Positions 12,801 through 21,761 of a DNA stretch of 64,000 nucleotides are shown one piece after another. The notes beneath the pieces were generated by a model that saw nothing but the letters and a program-made list of their open reading frames with translations, searched no databases and was not told where the DNA came from. The DNA lies in assembly GCA_965637545.1 (NCBI GenBank), contig OZ281498.1:2046001-2110000 (forward strand), read 5' to 3'. Position numbers and translations under genes: made by a program. This DNA comes from Phallusia mammillata (lineage: Eukaryota). Each line of letters starts with the position of its first letter. Position 1 is the first letter of the stretch.

Positions 12801-15507
12801 TCAAACTGAACTGATATTTTTTCTAGTCGCCTTTTTCTTACTTCCTGAAGAGCGTCGAATTCTGCTTTGTTTTCCCTGTTTTTATATGGTAAATTACCAA
12901 AATAGGAACAATATTTTACAACAGTTGCACAAAGACTCTAATGCATCTGTCATCAATATTATAAATCCTAATGTTCTTTCAGCTTAAGTCTGATACCTTT
13001 CACTTTCCTCTGAATCACTGGATAAGTTTTCTTCACTTTTTATGTCAAACTTTATTTGATCAATCCTTTTCTTCACATCTCCATGAAGCATTTTATCGGC
13101 CTGTTCTAAAAACAACTAAATAAGTCAATCCGATACATCAACCATAATTGTAACACTTAAAATAAGTAGATATGCTTTTACATGTAACTGCAATGAACAT
13201 TTAAGTTTCTTTTTACGCAAATTTTTGGTGTGTGGATGTTTCAATGTTTTAACCCAGGGGTGCACATCCTTTTCGCTAATTTGTCAGCATCGCCAATCCA
13301 TATTTCATCTAAGGCTGCTAATCACCGGCATGTTGTGGTTTTATTTGATGCACAGATTGAGCTGCACAGTGTGAAAAACAGTCTTTAACTATTTATGACA
13401 TCATAATTCATCTTGTAACGCTTGTGGCACCTTTTTTTCGCATTGTTTGCACACAATAGGCGTACAAAAAGTCTGGCACATATAGCTACTAGAGCAGTTT
13501 GAAAATCAAAATATTTAGCAAAAACGTTTTATTTCCTTTAAGGCCACCAATCCATATATTTTAATAAACATGTTCAAGGCCACACTAACTCGTCGCTCTG
13601 GCCGTATGTGCCGATCCAGCCGCAGGTTGTGCACCCCTGTCTTAACCTTACACTTGCAAGATAAAATTGCTTAACTCGAAAATAGGCACATGACACAATT
13701 TGTACATTATTTACCAATATATTGATGATTGTCAGATTTGATGAGAATAGAAATAGATGAAAACTTGGCTTCAATTATGTTTAGTGATTCCATAAGTTGA
13801 CGGTGTTTCTGAAAAATACCTTTGCTGAAACATATGCTACACCAATGGTTTACAGTGAATTTTGACCCAAAGTCAATTGAACAAATGTGATATGGTAATT
13901 GTTACCTTGGTAACTTTGGGCTTATTTTTACTTCCAAGTGGTTGACTTGCTGAAAATGCCATTTTGTTAAATTGGGTCCATCTGTAAAAAAATTAAAATT
14001 CAACAACAGACAACAAATTGAAGATGTGCTTCTATGCAGTCATTTGTATTTTGACCGATCAAAATTTAAAAATTGTTTCATCCTATGTGTCATAGCTTTT
14101 CATATGTTCAAAAGCGAAATAAATAAATTAAAAATAAATTCATTTGTACCTTCTCTTTCGTTTTCTTCTTTTTCGTTTGGTGAAACTGGTTTCTGTTACT
14201 TTTACAATTTCATTTGGCAAAACTTGTGAAAGACAGTTTCTTTCAAATGCTGCAGGATTCTGTTGGTATTTCTGTGTATCTGGAATTTCTGGTTGAGTCA
14301 GGTACAGCATGTTTGAGGCAACGCTGTCAGGGGAATTGTTCATGGACTTAGATTCTGTTCTTGGGAAATCCTGCATGGGGATAAATTTAAAATATTATGG
14401 TATATTGTACTTTACAATATTGCCACTTACATCAAATTTTTAATGGCAAAGTGGTAAACAAAATAATGTCTCATATACAAACGATACTCACTGAAATTAC
14501 ATTTATTAGTGATAATAAACAATAAAGGTTTCATAAATAACATTTTAATTTTATGGAAACATAAGGTTTTACAGAATCAGAATACACTAAAACTACATAC
14601 TTCACAAAAATCTACAGTGGGTTTGGAACTTTTAATGACAGCCAGCTCCACACTAAAGTCAGACAGCATTGTTTCATCACTGTCAAAATCCTCACTTGGT
14701 TCATTTGCACTTTTTTCAGTCATCCTGTTAAGCAAAAAAATGATGTTGCAAAGGCTATACAGATGAATCTGGTTAATAACATAATTAATTGGTCAAGATT
14801 GTTTGCAATTAACGTATGGTGACACAAATTTTCACAACAATAAGCTACAATTGGGTTTTACAACCTCTATGCAATTAAGTGGATTATGCAAGAAACTGGA
14901 CTCTTCTGTGTATGTGCAAAGATAACCTTGTGATTAATTATTTCCTGCTTTACTGCTAAACGGTTGTAGGTCAAAACGGAATGCACTGTCTGCAGCTAAC
15001 TATTTGGTTTAACCCAGTGGTTCTTAACCTTTTTTCTTTGCTGCACCCCTTTCAAATCACCAACCAATTTTTGCGCCCCCTGGTTTTTTGTATTTATTTA
15101 GAATAGACCTAATCAACCTTAATGATTCAGCATCCCCGCACCCCCTAGGAACAGTTCTTGCATCCCTTGCGGGGGGGGGGGGGGGTTCGGGGGCGTGCAC
15201 CCATGGTTAAGAACCCCTGGTTTAACCAACGAAACAATGGTTTTCACACAAGTATATTATCTTGTATAAATATATTTTTTATGAATTACCAAACAACAAA
15301 CATAACAGTTTTTTTTGTGCAGCATAATGTAGTTGTTACAAACTATATCGGACAAACTTTTACTTACAGCTGATTAAGAAGATTTCCCAGCGGTTGTGAC
15401 AAAGCATCGAACATATCACAATCAGATTCGAAATCTTCGCTCTGTTTTACAACTTGCCTCTCGCAAACTTCTGATAAATTGTCACTAATTATTGGTTCTA
15501 CTTCCAT
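9831..15507 (-). CDS. ANKRD31: ANKRD31-like protein with RAMA domain and no ankyrin repeats, about 663 aa, 12 coding exons
   Basis: Exons 15507-15368, 14724-14601, 14370-14150, 13981-13906, 13808-13715, 13105-12997, 12875-12749, 12327-12269, 12208-11638, 11318-11184, 10494-10368, 10039-9831. All GT-AG and phase-matched (1992 nt); AATAAA at 9811-9816 on the minus strand. The segment LDFKDMFQRGFVSKGSDVLHCSVQGTNYAATVVHPGLIVSTDHDIYVNPQSWLNAVTKLTFSKDQAFSKIFYNGQSLKDI fits the RAMA pattern. N-terminal FDSDET and C-terminal YLLKCKFLLPSDDEL resemble vertebrate ANKRD31 as recalled. Gene model is firm; the name is moderately confident. Confidence 0.72.
10558..10932. mobile_element. hAT (Ac-type) MITE, 375 bp
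   Basis: TIRs TAGGGATGGGCC / GGCACATCCCTA with an exact 8-bp TSD CATTTCAC (10550-10557 and 10933-10940); in an intron of the ANKRD31-like gene. Confidence 0.92.
13255..13639. mobile_element. hAT (Buster/Charlie-type) MITE, 385 bp
   Basis: TIR CAGGGGTGCACA / TGTGCACCCCTG; 8-bp flanks TTTTAACC / TCTTAACC (7 of 8 match). Confidence 0.88.
15015..15219. mobile_element. hAT (Buster/Charlie-type) MITE, 205 bp, with internal poly-G run
   Basis: TIR CAGTGGTTCTTAACC / GGTTAAGAACCCCTG; exact TSD GTTTAACC. Confidence 0.92.
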
Positions 15508-16021
15508 TATGCTTTCTGGGTTAAACTGTTACACAGAGACGGCGAAAAAACTTACAATTGCAGAACGCATTTCTTTTTCGAAATCCCCGCACACCAAATA
15601 CGTACTTTTAAGGTTCACCTGTGGTACACAAACAATACTTTGAAATGTTTTTTACTGTTTTTCTTTTATTTCATGAGCTTTTGGCTGATGTGAAAATTCA
15701 AAACTACAGAAAATGCTGAAGCATCGAGTGTTTAATATCTACAGCACAGTTAAAACAAGTGTATAAAAAATAACAAATTCAACGCGATAAAAAGTGCAAG
15801 CCTTGCAAGAGGGTACAATTACATAAAACTGAAATGAATGAAAAATAACTTTCCGCAGAAGTCCAATAATACCTCAGATTTAGTTTAGTTGGTATAAATC
15901 GCTATAAAGTTATCCTCAGGAATTCCGTGAAAAAGATAAAACCAGAGAACGCAAATTTAACAAAACAAAAATCTTTCAATATGGGGAAGCCACAATGTGA
16001 ATTAACTGTTGCCCTTGAACG

Positions 16022-16385
16022 CAACAGGGGTTGTGACTTTTTCGTGACACTTGTCACTGTTAGTGACAGGCGTCAGTGACAGGGCTGGAGTGTCACTAAA
16101 TCAGTGACAGAGCGTCATTGAATCAGTGACAGGGTGTCAAAAATAGTGACAGAGCGTCAGTAAATCAGTGACAGGGTGTCAGTAAATCCGTGACAGGGTG
16201 TCAGTGAATCATTGACAGGGCGTCAGTGAATCCGTGACAGGGCGTCAGTAAATCAGTGACAGGGCGTCAGTAAATCAGTGACAGGGTGCTAGTAAATCAG
16301 TGACAGGGTGTCAGTAAATCTGTGACAGGGTGTCATTGACAGGCTATAGGTGACAGCCTGTCACTGAATTATCACAACCCCGTCT
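16022..16385. mobile_element. TIR element with 9-bp TSD and internal minisatellite, overlapping the stop codon of the membrane-protein gene
   Basis: Exact direct repeat CCTTGAACG at 16013-16021 and 16386-16394; inverted ends GGGGTTGTGA (16027) / TCACAACCCC (16372-16381). Confidence 0.8.
16060..16365. repeat. 22-bp minisatellite (CAGTGACAGGGYGTCAGTAAAT)n, about 11 full units plus partial units
   Basis: TGACAG recurs at 16105, 16127, 16147, 16169, 16191, 16213, 16235, 16257, 16279, 16301 and 16323; each unit holds the inverted repeat TGAC(A)-GGG-(Y)GTCA. Confidence 0.95.
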
Positions 16386-18545
16386 CCTTGAACGTGGTAA
16401 CCGCTATTCCATCAGCTTCTGCGACTGTTGCAATTGTGTCATTGTTCATTTCCAAGTTGTCGTTAAACCCCTGTCACAATTATTCCACGTTATGTTACAT
16501 AGGCACTAATAGTCTTACGAAAAATAAATTAACTCCAAAAAACCTTCATGCATTTTTTGTTGAAGTGTCTGCTAATACATTTAACGAAAAAATCCAAGAT
16601 GTTTCTTAAGCCGAATGGTGGGCGACGGGACTTTAAGGGCAAGAGGGGTCTTGGTAGGCCTACACGTAACAAATAAGCGATGGACGCGTGGCCATGTGGG
16701 GATTTTTTATATTGCAGAATGTTTCAGGTTTTTATTGTACAGTAAATAATGTATGCCTTAAATGAACATGATTGTTTTTTACATAAGTTTGTGTCAAAAT
16801 TTGTCCCATTTTGCAAAATGTTCTGCCGGCCCCCAAGAACTGAATTTACAGTTTTGAATTATATTAGGTCTTTAACAAAACGATAAAAACCTCAAATCAA
16901 GTAAGGCCTAAGAGCCTCACCCTGTATTTGCTGGAAAATGTGAACTTCTTTTTACGCATTTTTTCCTTGCTGTCAGAACCCTCACAGCAACAACCGTAGC
17001 ATATACCTGTTTAACAAGCAAATTGATAAGATTAATACGATAGTGTTGTAAATAAGTTGACACATATAAAAACTGTAGACTACTTATATGGAAATCGTCC
17101 TGAACCAACGTATGCTCATTAGACCTATAGACGATTACAGTTGTGGATAAGCATTGCAAACTGAAACTTCCAGCACACTTAGATCAGTCTGTGCTTTTCG
17201 TTATGCAACGGTGACATATATAAATCGATTTCGCCTATATAATGGCATCCTCAGGCTTTGTTGAAATACATTGACAACACAAACGTCAACACATAACACA
17301 AACGTTTCCTGTGTTAAAGTGAGCAAAATTGTTTATTTCTCTTCAAGTCCCATTTAGTCTCGTTTGATTACTGTTAAATATGAAGTAAAGATCACTTACC
17401 TATGAACAGCAACAGAAAAACGGCCGCGGTAAAAGCCACTATGGATACAAAGAAGGTGATGTTGAAATTGTCGGCAAAAATTTCCTTCTTTTGGATGTCG
17501 TTAAAAGTTCTCCCGGTTATTGTGAACAAATACTTGTCCGCTTCAGTGGTGAAGTTGCGTAATCTGAAATAAATTAATTATAACGAGATTGTAAAACCGT
17601 AATTGTAACGATAAACTTATTATAATGAGGATATTATTGGGGATGAACATTAATTCCGATAAATGGGATCAGCGCGTCTGTGCAGACCAGCGATTACGGC
17701 ACACTCAAATTTAAATCATAGTACGCCAGGCCCATTGAAGGTGTAATACCAAATCAGCCTGTCACCAAGCGTTCACCAATTGTATATTACTAAATGGAAA
17801 TAACTGGCCTATTTTTTTTCGTTTAGTTTATTTGCACTGAAGATCAACAAAACCAACAAGGAAATGTGAACGTGTGGGGCAGCGATAGACTTTGTGGTCA
17901 TCGTGTCAGCCACCCCTTACACGCGGTTAGGTAAACAGAATTTCGTCACAAAATACTTTTTTGAAAGCAATGTTTGTTATTTCAGAGAAAAAAAACCTCA
18001 CCCATAATCAACCCTGTCTTTTAAGGTTAACTGTGTGGCAGAATATAAGAAAAGCTTTTTAAAACACTACAAGTTTTGCTTGAGCTGGGATTCGAACCCA
18101 CGACGGGAGTTTATGTAGTAGTATTGCCTCACAAAGTTTTTCAGCAAACGCGCTTTTAAACAACAACAAAAAAATGCTGATGCAAAATATCGGCGAAAGA
18201 TTGAGAAGTTCTTGCCATACTTGTTCAAAGTGCTGATTGTTCATTGGCTGTAAGCTTTTCTGTTACTCTATAAATGCTAGAACACATAGGTAGCCACCGT
18301 TACATGACATGCAAAAAACTAGAAGCAAGCATGGCGTCTGCCGTCGACGTCATGCACTATAAAGCTTCTTTTAAACGTCACAATACTCAACAACAATGAA
18401 AACTCACATTTCGCTGAATGACATCTTGAAGCTGTACTTGCCTTATCAAAACAGCCAAAGCATCGCAGAAATTTTGTCGAATGTAACAGAGTTTCAGGCA
18501 AGCGCCCGCGTAGTTAACAGGAAGAAAAAGCCATGATTGAAGAGC
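16372..18545 (-). CDS. Single-pass (type I-like) membrane protein of unknown family; 3' exons only
   Basis: Exons about 18545-18408 (5' edge uncertain), 18030-18002, 17563-17400, 17006-16921, 16470-16372, phase-matched. Protein reads ...QDVIQRNLTLKDRVDYGLRNFTTEADKYLFTITGRTFNDIQKKEIFADNFNIT-FFVSIVAFTAAVFLLLFIGICYGCCC-EGSDSKEKMRKKKFTFSSKYRGFNDNLEMNNDTIATVAEADGIAVTTFKETGL*. It has luminal N-glycosylation sequons, one TM helix, a juxtamembrane Cys cluster and a basic stop-transfer stretch. Confidence 0.75.
18060..18120 (-). mobile_element. Possible tRNA-derived SINE remnant
   Basis: Pol III B-box GGTTCGAATCC at 18088-18098 (another at 26552-26562, plus strand); no convincing A-box or cloverleaf. 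Confidence 0.3.
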
Positions 18546-19472
18546 TGGCGAGTCACGAACCTTTACAGGGGATTCCCCTACTAGTCGAGGAAGTCAACGA
18601 AGCTCTTTGCAAGTAGCAGCTCTGAGTCCCTTGAATCGTTTGCGCTGGTTTGATAAATTGAGAGATTACCAACAATGAATGTCAGAGTACAGTAGCTTAG
18701 GTAAAACTTGCACCGCCTGTGCGTGACGTATAAAGGTTACTTTGGTATATTTTGGCTCGATTCAATTTGACTTGCAAACACATTGCATTGGATCAAACGT
18801 AAACATTTCCATAACGTTCATCCTGAACTCTTTAAAATATTCAGGTCATCCACTAATCAGTGTCAATTCTTGCAGGAAGAATTGAAATGAAGTTAACGAA
18901 GAACCTAAAGCACAGTGCACGTTTTAGAAGTCCCAGGCTTCAAGCAAAACTGCTGTGACACAAACAATTTACCATTTACCAGAGGGGATGACAGCTTTAG
19001 CGCTGGTTGAATCTGACACAATGCTGAAAGTAAACGAGGGTGACATTTTAACAAGTTAAATTTGTGTTGAGAAAACTGGCACGTTCGGTTTTCAAACAAG
19101 ACAAAAGGTTTGCACCAAAATGTTGTACATCAGACGCGAATACCAACGCCTGACCTTTCACCTAGTAAAGGTAACACGCGGTTCAACCTTCATATGACCT
19201 TGACGCGTTTTTGCGCCTTAACCACGCATAGCAACGACTATCATATTGATGTTCCGGCTTGTGGCGCTTAAAAAATGTTGTTCCGACATCGTCATTAAGT
19301 ATTTTGAAGGTTAACTAAAGGTCAAATCCAAATCCAGCACTGGGCCTGTACAGCTGGCTTTCCGCTATGCACAACCAACTTAAACAAATTTAAAAAATGA
19401 ACGAATAAGTTAAATTACAACGACAATAAGGCAAAGAGTTGTAAGGCTGGTTAGGGTTAAAGTTCACACAAA

Positions 19473-19596
19473 CGGGCCTGACTTTACAATCGACTTCATT
19501 TGCGTCACAATTTCACCAACTTTCGGGCCTAATTCGAGCCTTGTTTTAAACCATTTCGGTACCAGACACGAAATTTCAGATTCAGGCCCGTTTACA
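19473..19596. mobile_element. Small MITE remnant
   Basis: Inverted ends AAACGGGCCTGA / TCAGGCCCGTTT; TSD not evident. Confidence 0.6.
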
Positions 19597-19768
19597 CTAA
19601 TAAAGCAACTCAACGGCTGAATAGTTTAGGGCATTTAATGAAACTTTGTTAAAATAGTCGGATGCCATTTAATTTACAAGGTCGCACTTTATTATTCAAC
19701 ACAATACTGAACCATTGACGACAATCGACGGCAGAACACGGTAAGGGCACGGTGGCATGCAAGATAAG

Positions 19769-19823
19769 AAGCGGATTCCGACGAAAAATAAGCGGATTCC
19801 GACGAAAAATAAGCGGATTCCGC
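19769..19823. repeat. 21-bp tandem repeat AAGCGGATTCCGACGAAAAAT, about 2.5 copies
   Basis: Directly visible; ends in the near-palindrome GCGGATTCCGC. Confidence 0.9.
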
Positions 19824-21162
19824 GGTAAAGTTAGGCCGCTCTATGTACACTGGTGGTGTGTGCTGGCTGGGAATGGACGGAAAAAAGAAAATTACGGAAC
19901 GAGCGGAATTTAGGGAGAAATGTGTGACTTGCGAAACACATTTGTTGCACGTAACGGCAATGGCGGTTTTTAAAAAAAAATACTTGGTATAACTCGTTTA
20001 TAATCATTTAGACATGCTAAAAAAAGGGGTTAAAAGCCTATTTTTTTCTTTACAACCAGTGCGTTCTTAATTAAACTTGTCGGTGAACAATGTTTCATTT
20101 AAACCCACATTTTACCAAATTATTACTTTTGTAAATAAACATTTTCTTGCGATGCGCGACGAAGCAGAAAAACGAGCGCTAAAAATCTCTTGACAAAAAC
20201 ACAGGAACGTGCAAAGAAGGAAAGTATATATATGACAACAGTACACAGGAGATATTAATAGGCGAAGGCAGTTCCCATAGAAATTAACACACTAGCACCG
20301 GTGACGTAAAAGTACACACATGTTGGACGGAGTTTGACAAAATTCTTGAATAATTTTATTGAAAAGTTAGTGACAGTTTTTACTGTTTTAATTACCTTTG
20401 TTTTCAGAAAATATGTTTACCTCGGGTAAAAGTAAAAACCTTACCACCAAAGGTGTTTCCAAAAACAAAACCACACTGATATGTTTTTCTTAATCTCAGT
20501 GTTCATATTTAGACATTGCATTCAATTGAAATCTCGTGCAATATAAAATTCGGAACTTTAAACTGAAAGTGCTTTTCGTAAATTGTTATGCTAAAACTTT
20601 TAAATGGGAAAATAAAATATGACAAAATTAAATTCAAAATGTCGGACCAAAATTTATTTCTAGTGACTTAGTTGTAATATTTTTAACAGCTTGTACCTTC
20701 CATCGTGAGTAAAACCCCACATAATAATAAAATATAACAAACACCATTAAATTCGGGAAATTTGTGTGTGTGACACTGTCAGAGTGATGGCACTAAGTTA
20801 CAGAGTTTAGGAATTGCCATAATTGTTTCGAGCGTAAAAAAGTTTTGTGAAACACTGGAGTGAAACAACGCTTTTACTGGCACAGGGTACAGAAATCGGA
20901 TGAGAGCACCGTATTACACGGATAATTATACGGACAATTCACAATGAGCTGATAATGTAATAATCGAAGTCTTGCTTTAAAGTTTAAACCAACCCTAAAA
21001 AACATAATTTTCATCATAAAAAAAGTTTACTACGTAATACTGATAGAATAGAATTTGTGGAGCAATAAACGCCACAAAAAACTAAAAGGAGTTTGCCAGA
21101 AAATGTTGCAAACAAATGTTTGTTCGGCTTCTAAATCAGCTTATACTGTTGATGTTCTGAAC

Positions 21163-21656
21163 CAGTGTTTCTTAACCTGGGGTTCGCGGACCCCCAAGGG
21201 GTGCATGAGATGGTTTCAGGGGGTCCACGGAGGGAAATATGTTAAGTATCATTAACCAACAGAAGAATATTTTTAAGTTTCTCAACCGTTTTTACAATCC
21301 TGCATGCGAGTGCGCGCTGTTTATTACACCTTAATTATGCCAAGAACAATTACTTTTTGCGATTGTCTGCCCTATTGTGATATCACACATGGACAATAGA
21401 CTTTACAGGACGATTTGTGAAGTTATATATACCAGAAATATTATCAATTCGATGGGTTGGCCACTATACGTTACAGAGACGTCATTGATTTTAAAGGACT
21501 GTGAAGGCGGATTTAAATGCTTCAAAAGCATGACAGGGTGGTATAATGCAAGAAACGTGAAACATAAAAAGACTAATGGTAAATTGCGTTGGGGGTCCGC
21601 AGACTTACAAAATTCATAAAAGGGGTCCGTGACTACAAAAAGGTTAAGAACCACTG
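21163..21656. mobile_element. hAT (Buster/Charlie-type) MITE, 494 bp
   Basis: TIR CAGTGTTTCTTAACC / GGTTAAGAACCACTG; flanks TTCTGAAC / CTCTAAAC (6 of 8 match). Confidence 0.85.
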
Positions 21657-21761
21657 CTCTAAACCGTTTTCACCTGTTTGTCCTAAAAAGTGACGTCACA
21701 ATGACATCGGCGCGTCAAGCGACTGTGACGCAATAAATAACAAAGGCAGTGTTCGCTCGGC

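Noticed and set aside
5032-15507. PRDM9-like hotspot module (ZNF array next to the ANKRD31-like gene)
   Set aside because: The ZNF has no SET, KRAB or SSXRD domain, and its fingers are diverse and intron-split, unlike the PRDM9 minisatellite array; adjacency alone is not evidence.
15527-15617. Upstream coding exon VNLKSTYLVCGDFEKEMRSAI joined by a 30-nt intron
   Set aside because: The intron is far shorter than all others modelled here; more likely 5' UTR or chance.
16060-16365. CRISPR-like appearance of palindromic repeats
   Set aside because: The 9-nt linkers are near-identical rather than unique spacers, there are no cas genes, and the context is eukaryotic; it is a minisatellite inside a TIR element.
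18568-18578. Perfect NF-kB-like site GGGGATTCCCC
   Set aside because: A single motif inside a probable coding region with no supporting cluster.
18396-18616. Two plus-strand mini-ORFs coupled by ATGA (46 and 27 aa), LINE-like by eye
   Set aside because: The first is the in-register antisense of the membrane-protein exon, which has a strong GTGAGT donor and a junction-spanning NLT sequon; no RT motif follows.
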